Positions 1-12,136 of a DNA stretch of 64,000 nt are shown piece by piece. Origin of the DNA: Hydrolagus affinis (taxonomy: Eukaryota); contig JAAILG010001622.1 of NCBI GenBank assembly GCA_012026655.1, positions 1 through 64,000 of the forward strand, read 5' to 3'. Both the position numbers and the translations under genes were made by a program. How positions within the stretch are numbered: position 1 is the stretch's first letter; every line of letters begins with the position of its first letter. A model generated the notes under the pieces. It was not told the DNA's origin. It did not search any database and was given only the letters and a program-made list of their open reading frames with translations.

Positions 1-554
1 TATTCTTGAAACAGATGGGGAAAAAACATTTTTCGTAAAAATATTCTATCTGTATATTTTTTCAATGGCATGCTTGATGACTTCATACTGCATAATAATA
101 ATAATAATCCTGGCATTGAATGTTATCAGTTCATCGAGAAGAAAGGAATTTCCATCTTGCAAACCAGTGCATTCACACAGCAACCAGAGGAAGCAAAAGT
201 GCCTTTGGAAGCAGAGCGATAGGAGTGAACAGTCAGTTGAATTGGACCATTGGCTTGCCAAGAGAAAAACATGCCTGTGTATCTAAACAGAATGCAACTG
301 GGAAATTTCAGCTGTTTATCAGAATGTACTGATTCCCAGGACGAACGCTGTGGGTTCAAAATTGGTTTTGATATTTTTAAATTGTATCTTATCAGATCAT
401 ACATTAACAGATGGCTTGTTAGTTGCCTTATTAAAATAATAAATAATAACAAACACTCCAATGCAACATTGGTCCTGCCCTTCAGATGAAATAGTTAAAT
501 CAAAATCCAATCTATCTGTCCTACAACATTATTCAAGAATAGAGTTTCACCCAG

Positions 555-738
555 GGTCTTGGCCTCCGAATAAAATTGGTCTCTACGTAACTGTTTGTAG
601 GGCATTGCAGTGAACAAATTGGTTGCTATATTCACCTACAAATACAGTAACTGCACTTTATTGAAACATCCTATGAAGCACTTTGAGACATTCATCACTG
701 TGATAAGGCACTATATCAAATGCAAGGATTATTATTGC
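555..738 (+). mobile_element. Deu-type SINE, 3' half
   Basis: ctgtttgtagggcattgcagtg..aaattggttgct core followed by gaagcactttgagac..gataaggcactatatcaaatgcaaggattattatt tail, shared with many copies in the window. Confidence 0.8.
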
Positions 739-1467
739 TAAATTAAGGTTAGATAATTTTCCTTATTTCTCTTTTTTAAGCGAAAACTTGTCTGAATGCA
801 TTTAGAGTCTCAGTATACAGAGTTTGCATGCCAGGTTAGCAGATGATCTCTTTACAACTCTCGTACTTGTACAAAATCCATTTATTTGAGCTTTCGTAGC
901 CGCTTTGACAAATTACTTTATGAAACTTAAGTTATTTGGTTTTTCCAACAGTACTTAATTTTGTTTGAGATCCATCTCAGACGTCTTCCCTTAGCTCAAG
1001 TGAGAGCTTCAGCTTCTCAGCCAAGAAAGGCATTGATTTTTTAAAAAGTATTTGACAACATTTTCCCGTTTATTTACAAATATAAAGACACAATGCGGTA
1101 AATCTCAGCAAACATCACAATGAACTCACTCATATTCGATGCAATGACGACTTGTTTTCCTAGCTCAATTCTTTCCTTCGAAAAAGTGTTCCTGATGGCT
1201 TTCTCATGATGGCAGGGACCTGTCAAGGGTAAAACAAACTGGGGATTCGAAAAGAGGGAAGACGTTGAGTTTGTTGACAAACCTGCCCAAACATATCCAT
1301 CGGCAGTAGATTTCTGAGCAATCTCTTCAGTAAATTAATCATAAATTAGCCCAGTCAGGCTTAATGAGTAGCACTCATGACTTTGCTATTGATAAGAACT
1401 TCAAGATGCTATCCTGTTGTAAAGGTGCTATATAAATGTTGTATTCATCTGAAGAACTTTTATTTTA

Positions 1468-2112
1468 CAACAACTTGCATTTATATAGAGCCCTCCATGC
1501 CGAGTGGCATCTCAGGGTGTTTCACAATGGCGGAGCTTGAGAATGAGTCAGGGGTTGGAGAAAAGTGACCATGCGCGCTACCGAAGAGAAAGCACTTTAG
1601 GTACAACCTGGAGATGGGAAAGGAGGGGATGAGGCAAAGGGGTTGAGGGAGAGAGTTCCAAAGTTTTAGGATGGTAGTGGCTAAAAACACGGCCGCCGAC
1701 AGTGGCACTGAGGATCTGGGGGACAAAGGAGGAGGCCTGACCCAGGAGAGCGGAGGCATTGGGTACTCCTGTGAGGTAGAGGAGGTTAGAGAGGTAGCGA
1801 GGTGAGGTGTGCCAAGGAGTGGAGGGATTTAAATACAAGAGTGAGGATCTTGAAGTCGATCCACTCTGTGACAGGGAACCAGTGGAGTTTCGCAAGGAAT
1901 GGGGTAATCGGAGTGAAATTCTGTGGATGGTGGTGGAGGGAAGCCCAGTGAGGAGGGCATTGGAGTAGTCCAGCCGAGAGGTGACAAAGGCATGGACAAG
2001 ATTTTTGGCAGCTTCAGGAGGGAGGTATTGATGGAGATGTGCAATGTGGTGGAGATGGACGAAAGCTGTGCTGGTAAGGGACTGGATGTGGGAGAGGAAG
2101 GATAACTGGGGA
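1468..2112 (-). mobile_element. L2-clade LINE 3' fragment (tail type A)
   Basis: Minus-strand peptides GGRVFSH / LWNSLP..YLKCFLF typical of the L2 ORF2 C-terminus; tail ..ggagggctctatataaatgcaagttgttgt; matches the 10298-11357 copy. Confidence 0.9.
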
Positions 2113-2559
2113 TTTCAACAACAAAAAAGAGAACAACAACAAAAACAAAGTTAATGGAGAAAATATTTTCATTATCAATGCGAATTAGTTATCTCAGGAA
2201 TCAGTTTAAAAATAGGTGAAAGGTATCCATACAAAGAAAGCTGGAGATGGACAGCAGGAAGTCGCTTTCCTGTGATCGTAGTATCTGGGTTAACATGAGA
2301 CCATATGGACTTGCTCTGGACCAATTACTTCATAAAATAAGACCTGATTTGGAGCAATATGACGGAAGAGGCTGCTTTGCAATATGGCTTGACCTCTTGA
2401 GTAGAGCCATAGCCCGATAATTTGTTAAGTGACATTTCCCTTATTATTGTTTAACTTTCATTAAAAGAAAAGGGAGGATCTGACTTTTCAAAAGTCACTC
2501 GAGTCTAATTTGAGAGATTTGCGGAAGGATTTGTGGCTAGCGTAATCCCAGATGTGTCG

Positions 2560-2665
2560 ACACTGACCCTTTGGAACTCCAGTCAGACGCAAGACATGAG
2601 ACGGAAGTGGAACCCGAGGTCAGCGTCTGGCCGGCTTACAGAAGGTCAGCCGTGACCTCGTCAGG
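2560..2665. promoter_or_regulatory. Candidate enhancer-like motif cluster
   Basis: Short CpG-containing patch with TGACCC (2564), ACGGAAGTG ETS-like site (2601), AGGTCA (2617) and AGGTCA-gccg-TGACCT (2643-2658). Confidence 0.3.
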
Positions 2666-2789
2666 ATTTACTATTTACAAATCCTTTCCCAAATCTTGCA
2701 AATTAAAGTTTACCGTCTTTAATTACAGTTTTATTTGGGCACATCTTGTTCTAGGCTTAGCGAACAGTGTGCACAGCTATATCGAATAG

Positions 2790-2995
2790 CATTGTGTGCA
2801 CGCGTAGGTGATTGCTTGTGCTTGTGAGTGTGTGATATGTGTACATTTGTTTGATGCCTGCGCGTGTGTGTGTTTGTCAATATGAGGTCTTTGTGCATGT
2901 GTGTATCTCTCTCAGTATGTCAGAGTGAACATCTAAGTGTGTGTGAAGGTGTGTGTCTCTGTGAAGGTATGTGTAAGAGAATGTATCTATGTATA

Positions 2996-3033
<38 letters not shown>
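2790..3033. repeat. Degenerate (TG)n region ending in a pure (GT)n microsatellite
   Basis: TG-rich low complexity; uninterrupted GT run at about 2999-3033. Confidence 0.95.
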
Positions 3034-3036
<3 letters not shown>

Positions 3037-3202
3037 AATGAAGTGTACCTTTTTATGATAATCTTCACATGTAATATTTAACCATTAATGTTGAAACATC
3101 TCAACAGTGCTTCACTGGTTAATTCCTATCAAATGTAGTGATGCATTTTTAAGCACATGCACCAGCCAAATTCACACACAGTGAAATCCCACATGAACAA
3201 AT

Positions 3203-3372
3203 GATAATAAGAATAATAATCCTAGCATTTGATATAGTGCCTCTTCATTTCATTGAGACACCTCAAAGCGCTTCACAGAATATATTGTAAAGTGAATTGA
3301 CTGTGTATTTTGTGGGCAAAATGACCAAATTATTATTATTAGTGACCACAGTGTTCCACAAGCAGTCGTGAT
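3203..3372 (-). mobile_element. SINE 3' part
   Basis: aataataatcctagcatttgatatagtgcc..caaagcgcttcacagaatatattgtaaagtgaattgactg is the reverse complement of the SINE tail. Confidence 0.85.
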
Positions 3373-3569
3373 CTTTTGGCCATGATATCTCATCCTACTT
3401 CCCAAGTTCTGCATCAAATTATCAGCCTGGACTATGAGCTGAACTTTGCTTGCTGAAAAAATGTGTGTCACTGCTATGTGCGCAGGATTAACTGATGTAT
3501 CTGGGAGTGGAGTAGATCTTACTTCAGGCACTTGAACTGTCAAAAACATTGCCACCGTATTTGATACAG

Positions 3570-4082
3570 ATGCTTAAAATTATGAAAAGGTTTGACAAGA
3601 TCGATATTAATAGCCTATTTCCGCACCATGGTGAGTCCAAAATGAGGGGCATGAATATAAGATAGCTAGGAGTGGATTGAAAAGCGTTCGGAATGAACTT
3701 CTTGACACCGAGGGTGGTGAGAATGCGAAACTCACTGCTGGAAGCTACGCTCGAAGCAAAAAGCATCAATGTATTTAAGAGGAAATGTGATACCTACGTA
3801 AACGAGAATGACAGCCAGGAGTGCAGGGAAGGGGAATCAACAACAACAACAATAACAGAATTACATTTGTAAAGCGCCTTTCAAGGCGGGAGGAAGTCCC
3901 AAAGAACTGGAAATCAAAATCAAAGAGGTGGAGACTCATGTGGAGTGTAAACACTTCCATGGTTCAGTTAGCATAAGCATTCTGAGATACTACCTTACGT
4001 GGAGGACATAATATAAGTCCGAGTTGTTGTAGGATGAATGGCCTGTCTCTGTGTTGTAGTGTTTTATGTAATTCTATGTAAT
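3570..4082 (+). mobile_element. CR1-clade LINE 3' end, interrupted by an L2 tail
   Basis: Decayed ORF2 end (KIMKRFDK..RVVRMRNSL..SINVFKRK) and 3' UTR gaatggcctg..attctatg; same family as 27712-27897. Confidence 0.75.
3838..3905 (-). mobile_element. Isolated L2 3' tail (type B)
   Basis: (caa)n then attacatttgtaaagcgcctttcaaggcgggaggaagtccc, the reverse complement of the type B L2 terminus. Confidence 0.8.
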
Positions 4083-4654
4083 TTGTTAATACAGCATTCA
4101 GCTGTCCATTTGTGTTGATCCTTATTAATAATTAGATCAAATTCTGTTTTAAAAAAAGAATTAATCTCTATCTGCTTTCTGACAAGTTCATTGTTACTGA
4201 TTAATTCTCTTTTTCCAACATTATCGTAATATTATGATCAACAACAGATGTGAACATGCTTTTGAGAAGTGGATGGGACAGTGATAGTCACCCAAAGCAG
4301 TATCACAATTAAAGCATATTGTCAGGATAATCTGCCTGGCTGACATCTTGCGCGGTTTAATTATCTGTTATTGTCACATATAGTTTATCAGCCCACAGGG
4401 TTTATATCAGGGCTGACAATGAACATTTAGAATAACTTGATAGGGACTGTGCGCCTTGATGCACATCGTTTCACTGACAACAGGCTCATCACAAAACGTT
4501 GAAAACAAAATTACCCAAGAAAAATTAAATCCCAATACAATGGAGGCATTTCACACGATCTTATTTCCTTTTTTCCTCATTCAAAATGAATTGAAATTTT
4601 AATAGGAAAATATTATGCTGATCTTTGTTCCTTCATTCAAACTGGAGGGGACTT

Positions 4655-4953
4655 CCTCCATCCCCAACCTGCTTTCTCCACAACCTATTACCTGTTATCT
4701 CCGCTCGGCTGGCTCCAGCCTGGTGCTTGTCCATTTTATCATCGGTGGCCACGCTTTCAAACACGATGTCCCAAAACTCTGGAACACTCAAACCCTCCTC
4801 CTTGCCTTCTCCTTCCCTATTTCCCAGTCACTTCCTCTTTGACTGTGCTTATAATCATCTCCCCTGGCTCAGTGTCTCACTTCGCCGCTATCAAGCATCA
4901 TTGGACACTGCCTTTTGTGAAGAGTGCAATATGATGCAAGATGTTATTGTTGC
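4655..4953 (+). mobile_element. Old L2 3' fragment
   Basis: Peptide LRSAGSSLVLV..IGGHAFKHDVPKLWN; tail tgcaagatgttattgttg. Confidence 0.75.
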
Positions 4954-5993
4954 TAACTAATTTTTGGTACCTATTTCACCTGTTGAGCTAGTGAGTGATG
5001 ACATAATGCCTTGTCTGTCAGTGTTTACTTATATCTACGTTAGTTATAGCCTTTACAAGAACTGGAATAATTACCTACTATTTTGGGGTTTGTGCAATAA
5101 AAATCTGGTAGATATCAGTGGAAAAATATACTAATATCTTACAATATTGCAAATAATTTTTCCAATTCATGTAAGTTCCGTGAAAAACAGCAAATTTTTT
5201 GCTTTATGATAATCAATTATCGTAGATTTGATGTGATTTGTGTTTAGGAAACTGGAATTTGACATGACAATTATTGATCGGTTTTGGGTGCGATACTCGG
5301 GTCCAAAGATTCCAGGGCTGTTCAGAAAAATAACTCAGTACCAAAACAAAAAGAAATAGAGTCACAGAAAGAGGGGAAATAAGACAATTTACATTTATCT
5401 AGTGGATTTCATTGAGGAGGATGTTTCAAAACGCTTCAACAATAATCATCCTTGACTTGCTAAAATGCCTATAACATTTGGAATAACTCCAGGCTCTTTG
5501 TACAGTTTCCAATAATTGTATTTATAAGCGGACACGACAGTCAATGTGTGCACAGTGTGCAAATGAAGCATATTGTGCGAACAAAGGAAATGGAGATTGA
5601 GTTTGAGAGAAACGCAGGGGAAAAAAAATAGATGATCAGATTTCCTTTTCAACTCTGGAGAAAAGGCGCATCTGAGATTGACAGAGTGAGCAAGATACAA
5701 GACCGGGGATGATAAAGGTTTGACAGCCTCAATGCTTGTATTTTTCTTGGGGCTTCCGTACAATGATGAAGGAATATGCAAAGTCAAGGTTTGTGGACAG
5801 GCTCATCTAATCAACAAATCTTGTTTCTCAATCCCTCCGCAAGCAAGTCAATAAACAATGTGTTTGTTCAGTGGCTGTCACTGGTTGATTGGAAGCCATG
5901 ACAGCACAAAGGGAGCAGAGGCTAAGCCACTGACAGTGAGCATATTTTGCAGACTTCATCTAATTGATGCACCTTTTTTCTTTTCTTGACAAG

Positions 5994-6066
5994 AGGACTC
6001 TAGTGGTATCCACCATTTTCATTATTTTCTGCATAAGGCTGATTCCAAAGCAGCCATCGACGGCAG
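5994..6066 (+). other. Candidate 73-bp internal exon of an unidentified transcript
   Basis: Branch-like ctaat (~5960), polypyrimidine tract, aag| acceptor and consensus donor cag|gtgagt; two of three frames open. Confidence 0.3.
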
Positions 6067-6229
6067 GTGAGTAGATCTCACACCGTCTGAGCTGGGCAGT
6101 AGGTTAGATACATAGATCATACACAGCCAAGCAGGAAACAAACGCATCGGATCTTCGGGTGTGGGGAATTGGTGGGGAGGGTATAATAAGCAAGAAAATT
6201 ATTATCAGGGCATTCTCTTTGTTTCCTAG

Positions 6230-7818
6230 AACACCAGCCATCTCCAAACCCTCAAGGCACAAGTGTGAGCCACCGAACGCACCTGGACCAAATCCAAACT
6301 AATGGTTCATTGGTAAATTTGGCTTGATCACACGAAGATTCACCCTCGTGTCTGCCAAATCTTCCTTCTACTCCAAGATAATCTTGGAGGCCAAGGATTA
6401 TTTTCACCACAAACCGTCTCCTCCATCCACCTTCTCACGTCTCGCCTAACCTCTGCTCCAATTCCAACTACGAGTAGATGCTGGATTTCCTCAAATCCAA
6501 AATCGAGGGTATCCCTTCAGCTACCTCTACCCCATTCACTGCTAGCCCCTCATTACATCTCCCTCATGACCCACCCCCCGCCCATCACTCCCTATACATC
6601 TGACCCTATCTCTACCTCCTTCCTCACCACTACAAACTCCTAAAGGAAACCACCACCTGCTCCGTCAACCCCATTCCCACCTTTCTCCTCACCTCCCAGC
6701 TCCACCTCCTGGTTCCTCTCCTAACTGACATCATCAATGTCTCCTTATCCTTAAAATCAGCTGTCATCAATACCATCCTGAAACACCTTCCCTTGACCCA
6801 TCCCTACTCTCCAGCTACCAACCCATCTCCAACCACCCATTCCTCTCTAAGGCCCTGGAATGAGTCTTTGCGTCCCAATTATGCTCTTTTCTTTCTCGCC
6901 ATTCCCTCTTTCAAACCCTCCAATCCAGCAGCCCACAGCATGGAAACAGCCCTGCTTAAAGTCTCTAATGACATTCTAAACATCCGTATTCAGGGCTTCT
7001 CTGCCGCCTTCAATACAGTCGACCACTCCATCCTCCTACACCACCTCACCTCTCAGCTCAATCTTCACAGACCTGCCTTTACCTGGTTCAAATCTTACCT
7101 CTATCACCATTTCCACTTTGGTGCCACTAACGGCTTCTCCTCCATCCCCCGCACTGTCTCGTGTGATGTCCCCCAGGGCTCTGTCCGTGGCTCTCTCCTT
7201 TTCAACATCTATATGCTTCCCCTTGGTGACATCATCAGCAGGCATGGGGTCAACTTCTATGTGTAAGCGGATGACACCTAACTGTACCCCTCTTGTTCCC
7301 TTTCTGCCTCCCCTTGATTCCAAGGCTACTGCCATCCTGACAGATGTCTTGTCAGACATCAAGTCCTGAATGAGAGCTAACTTTCTAAACCGAGGCCCTT
7401 CTGATTGGCTCATGCCTTCATCTCAGGCACTGGCAGCATCAACCTTCATGGATGCACACTCAACCTCACCAAACTAGTCAAGAACTTAGGTGTCTTGTTC
7501 GGTACTCAACCGACATCCATGCCATGACCTGCTCTGCCTTCCCTCACATCCACAACGTTGCCCGACTCTGCCACTACCTCACCCCCATGCTGCTGAAACC
7601 CTCATTGATGCCTTCACCACATCCAGGCTTGACTATGCCCATACCCTACTTGTCGGCCACCCCAAGCCTCCCTTCTTAGGCTGCAGATCATTCAGACCTT
7701 TGCAGCCCTGCATCAAGCACCACAACACAATCATGCTCATTCTCGCCAGACTCCACTGGCTTCCCATCACTCAGTGGGTTCAACTCCAGATCCTGGTCCT
7801 CACTGTTAAAGCCTTTTA
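6230..7818 (+). mobile_element. L2-clade LINE ORF2 reverse-transcriptase pseudo-fragment
   Basis: ORF 6793-7266 HSMETALLKVSNDIL..SAAFNTVDHSILL..WFKSYL..VPQGS..LLFNIYMLPLG, then *ADD; downstream AFTTSRLDY and LARLHWLPI; frameshifts and deletions. Confidence 0.95.
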
Positions 7819-8159
7819 GACATTCTCCTGAAGTGATCGGTGCCATACTGCTTGCAAGGATTATTATTATTCATTTAAATACAAACAGCAATTTGTTCCT
7901 TTTATTTAACAAGATTTAGTTGCACTTATCTGTACTTATTGTAAAATGTAGTTGTTATAAATAAGTCATAAATATGTTTTTATTTGATAAAACACCTTTC
8001 ACATTGGGATGACAAATCAAAGTGCTTCTCAGGATTCACTATGAGGTGGACCAACTGTGTAAACACAAAAGTTAATTTGCACGCAAATGTCCGACAAACA
8101 ACCATGAGGTGAATGATTAATTTTATCTGGAGCTCCCGTCTCTTTTTGATTAATGCCAA

Positions 8160-8400
8160 TGCTAGATTGCGCTGTGCTGTGAGAATGCCACTGTTCCCAC
8201 GAGCTGAGGCCTGGCCTGTCTGACTGTTCAGATGGACGTTAAAGATCTCATATACGAGAAGAGAGGTTCGTTCTTCAGGTATCTTGGCCAACAGTCCCCA
8301 TGGAAAGGAAAATGTCATTCACTTCGCTTCACAGCTGTTTGTGGGATATTGCTGTATGCAATATTGGCTGCCATGTCACCTCCAATATATATCTTTAATT
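8160..8400 (+). mobile_element. Deu-domain SINE, internal fragment
   Basis: gaggcc..tgtctg..cagatggacgttaaagatctcat..tcttggccaaca..gctgtttgtgggatattgctgt..attggctgcc resembles the Deu domain. Confidence 0.7.
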
Positions 8401-8599
8401 ACTCCATTTCGAACTACCTGGTATGGGAATCCTGAGCAATCATAATGGTGGTGGAAGTGGACGGTTGCCTGATCAGAAAGTTCCAAAATGCTGAATTCCT
8501 GATAAAAACAGCACTAGCCACACGGTTATGAAGCACAATTTAAAGGCAAATATTGCACCAGGATATCTTTCTTCATTCGTTTTGCTGTCACCTCCTCCC

Positions 8600-8955
8600 T
8601 TCCTCCAGCTTGGCATCACTGTTAAGCACTCCAAGACACTGACTGCCCTGTGTGAAGGGCGTTATATAAATGCAAGTTGTTGTTGTTGTTATGAAAACAA
8701 CACGAAGAGGGGTTCAGTCCAGATTTTGAATTTAGTTAAAAAATAGCATGAAGTTGTATTAGTAGGACAGTTGGGCTTGTATTATTGAAGGATAAGGGAA
8801 AAGGAACCAAAGAGCTTCTTCATCTCAACATCTCTTGTAGCAATGTGTCATTCACAAAATATACAGTCGCTCCACTTTGTAGTACATTCTGTAAAGCATT
8901 TTTGAGACGTTTCAAAGACGTGATAAGGCGCTTTATCAAACGCAGGGATTATTAC
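8600..8955 (+). mobile_element. L2 3' tail (~8600-8690) and SINE 3' tail (~8850-8955)
   Basis: gaagggcgttatataaatgcaagttgttgttg; gtaaagcattttttgagacg..cgtgataaggcgctttatcaaacgcagggattatt. Confidence 0.75.
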
Positions 8956-9246
8956 AATCATAATGTTTAAAGCACGACAGAATCAAAACCCTCCGGTTTA
9001 CGTTGCCATCTTGCAAATCACTCGTGTTTCCGGTAATCATATGTAAAAAGCTTTGTAATCACAGTAATCGTGCCCTGATCATGAGAAGCATAAATCATAA
9101 TAATCAAAGCAGTTTGACAAGTCGGGAGCAGTGTATTTTTCTGTTAAACTCTGCCAGCCGCAGAGAGAAAGGAGGAAGCGCAAGGCTTGTCTATCCCCCT
9201 CCCGCTAAATGATCAAATCACCTGTCCTCTTAACCTCACTATGTTT

Positions 9247-9262
9247 GCAGCCATCTGGTGGG
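9247..9262 (-). promoter_or_regulatory. Candidate CTCF site
   Basis: Minus strand reads CCACCAGATGGCTGC, close to the CTCF core CCASYAGRKGGCRS, within unique sequence. Confidence 0.4.
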
Positions 9263-10134
9263 GTGGCTTCTGAAATAGTCACGAGGCATGTACAATATTG
9301 ACATTGTGTTCCGCTAACATCTATATCATCTTGTCGCTGTCTGCTGAACCGCATTACCACAGTCGCATTACCGTACTCGGTTGCCATAAAAATAAAGCAG
9401 AAGAGAAGACTTCGAAGTTGAAGCCAACTCTATTGTTCCATTTGATTGTTTTTTTCCCCAAAAGCAAAGCAACTGCTGTATTCGTGGTGCACGGAACCGA
9501 TTTAATCTGTATTTGATAAAACATCTGACACATTGAAAGACAAGCTGCGATAAAGAAACATCTGACTGTTTGCTTCCTGATAAAGGCTTGATCATCGTGA
9601 ATCAAGCCAATCTTACTCTCAGTGGTTTCATGTGATTTGTCTGTTCAATCCAGTGGATGTATCTGCTGTTTGCACCTTGTTTTCTTGCATTACACTGCTG
9701 GTTTTCAATCCAAAACCCTGTTGCTTGGAGCTCCCCTCCCAAGCATCTTCTCACTGCTACTTTTCTGCCAAGTAAGCGGGAGGTTGTGTTGGTTTACAGC
9801 CTGCGGTCCAGAAGGACTTGGCAAGGATGTCTTGACTTTATGTGTGTCTGCAGTTATTTTGGAAGTAATCTAGTGGCCTGCCCTGTTCAAACATCTGAGG
9901 TAATATTTGTAGCTTCAATAACTCCGATATTATATTTGGAGTTTCAACTCTTGGCTGGTCGTGAGACATTGCAACGCCTGCCACATTCATCTACAAGTAC
10001 ACAGTCACTTTCCATAACATAAGTTATTGCAAAGTACATAGAGATGTTTTGACATTGTTATTGTACTTTCAGGACAAGTGTTAAGTCCAGCATTTCACAT
10101 TACAGTATTTTACAATTCAGTCTTTGTCGTCCAT

Positions 10135-11442
10135 TACACTGTGTGTTTTGCAAGTGGAACTACGTAGCAACTGTGCACAGCAGTGTCCCACAAACAATCG
10201 TGGATTGATTGACCAATTCTTTTGGGTGGAATTACTACCCACGGAAAGAGATCTGCCAATCAACTGACAACCTACTTCTTAATTATTGATAGGTAAGAAC
10301 AACTACAACAACAACTTTGATTTATATAGCGCCCTCCAAGCTGGGCGGCATCTCAGAGCGCTTCACAATAGCGGATCCCAGGACCGAGCCAGGGGCAGGG
10401 GCAGAAAGGTGACCGAAGGCGCGGTCGGAGAGAAAGGTCTTCAGCTGGGACCTGAAACTGGGAAGAGAGGGGGTGAGGCGAAGAGAGTGAGGAAGGGAGT
10501 TCCAGAGCCTCGGGGCGTAGTGGCTGAAGGCACGACCGCCGAGGGTGGAGAGGAGGATTTGGGGGGACATGGAGGAGGCCAGACCCAGAGGAGCGAAGGC
10601 AGTGGGTGCTGATTTGTGGGGAGAGGAGATCAGAGAGATAGGGGGGTGCAGAGGAGTGGAGGGACTTGAAAACAAGGGTGAGGATCTTGAAGTCGATCCT
10701 CTCTGGGACAGGGAGTCAGTGAAGTCTGGCAAGGACTGGGGTAATGTGGGAGCGAAGTTTGGAGCGGGTGAGTATGCGGGCGGCAGAGTTTTGGATTAGC
10801 TGGATTTTGTGGATTGTGGTGGAGGGGAGACCAGCGAGGAGGGCATTGGAATAGTCCAGCTGAGAGGTGACGAAGGCGTGGACCAGGGTTTCAGCCGCTT
10901 TTGGGGTGAGGTATTGCCGGAGACAGGCAATCCGTCGGAGGTGGAAGAAGTTGGTGCTGGTGAGGGACCGGATGTGGGGGAGAAAGGACAGTTGGAGGTT
11001 GAACCTGATGGCAAAGTTGAGCTCAGGTTTGGAGAGTTTTAGGGGGAGACTGGGAAGGTGGTGGAGGTGACAGCCGTGCGAATGAAGATGTTGACGAGAG
11101 CCAAAGAGTATGGCTTCCGTCTTGTCGACATTCAGCTGCAGGAAGTTCGCGCTCATCCATCTCCTGATGTCTGACAGGCAGCTGACAGACATCAGGGGAC
11201 TGGGGGTCGCAAAGTGAAGTGAAAAAGTAGAGTTGGGTGTCATTAGCATACATATCAGTGGACGACATCCCCAAGAGGGAGCATGTAGATGAGGAAGAGG
11301 AAGAGGAGGGGGCCAAGGATGGATCTCTGGGGTACCCCACAGGTAACCCCACAGTCAAGGAAACTTGCCTAAAATTCTAGCCTGTCCTGGAATCGAACGC
11401 AGGTCCTCTTGCCTGTGAGAGGAGTGTGGTAGCCACTAAGGT
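10135..11442 (-). mobile_element. tRNA-headed SINE split by an L2 insertion (pieces ~10135-10297 and ~11360-11442)
   Basis: The two pieces are collinear with the uninterrupted copy at 40200-40520; B-box-like ggaatcgaac (reverse) in the right piece. Confidence 0.8.
10298..11357 (-). mobile_element. Relatively young L2 LINE 3' fragment (tail type A)
   Basis: ORF 10716-11249 WMSANFLQLNVDKTEAILFG..LVHAFVTSQLDYSNALLAGLP..QNSAARIL..HITPVLARLH; YANDTQLY; GGRAFSHYAPRLWNSLP; intact tail with (TTG)n. Confidence 0.97.
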
Positions 11443-11847
11443 CCGGGAATTGAATAATGCGAGAGATTTGGAGGATAATAGACATGAGGTATCTGTAACT
11501 AGATTGAAATGAAATGCTGTTCTTGAACATTTCATTCCACTCCTCCCCTCCATTCATGTTATTTGAGCAGCAGAAAACCAAACCATAACTTGCCACATGA
11601 TTCAGGCCAACAAAAATAGTAGCACATTCAATAAGGCTCCCAGCTTTTATTTTCATTCAGTTAGGGGGTTGTTAATGTATTATTAATTGTTGGATTGACA
11701 GATTGATAACTAAAAGCTTTGCATTTTATTGGATTAAAAAAATGCAGCAGATTTTCAAATACTGTTTTGTTTGATTTTAATTTAATATTTGGATGTTCAG
11801 TGCTGTACTATTAACAGGTTGCCGTAATTTTCAGACAGACTGAATTG

Positions 11848-12136
11848 TTAATAATAGTATGCATTTCGATATGGCACTTTTCATGCCTTCTAGGCGTCTC
11901 AATGTGCCTCACAGAATATACTGTAAAGTGAATTGACTGTATACTTGTGGGCGAAATGTGGCAGCCAATTGCGCACAGCAGTGTCCCACAAACAGTCGTT
12001 TATCGAAATGACCAATTTGATCTTTTTTTTTAGAGGGATTATTATTAGGCGTGCGGAGTAAGGCAATTTGCCCATAGTTTCACCCTAAAATCGAATATAA
12101 GTCTCACGCTTGTAAGGCAAGTGAGCTACAGGACTC
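11848..12136 (-). mobile_element. Near full-length tRNA-headed SINE
   Basis: Head gagtcctgtagctca on the minus strand matches the head at 30523; conserved core and tail. Confidence 0.9.

Noticed and set aside
4318-4420. Short inverted repeats (attgtcag/ctgacaat) as MITE termini
   Set aside because: Only 8 bp, no target duplication and no clear second copy
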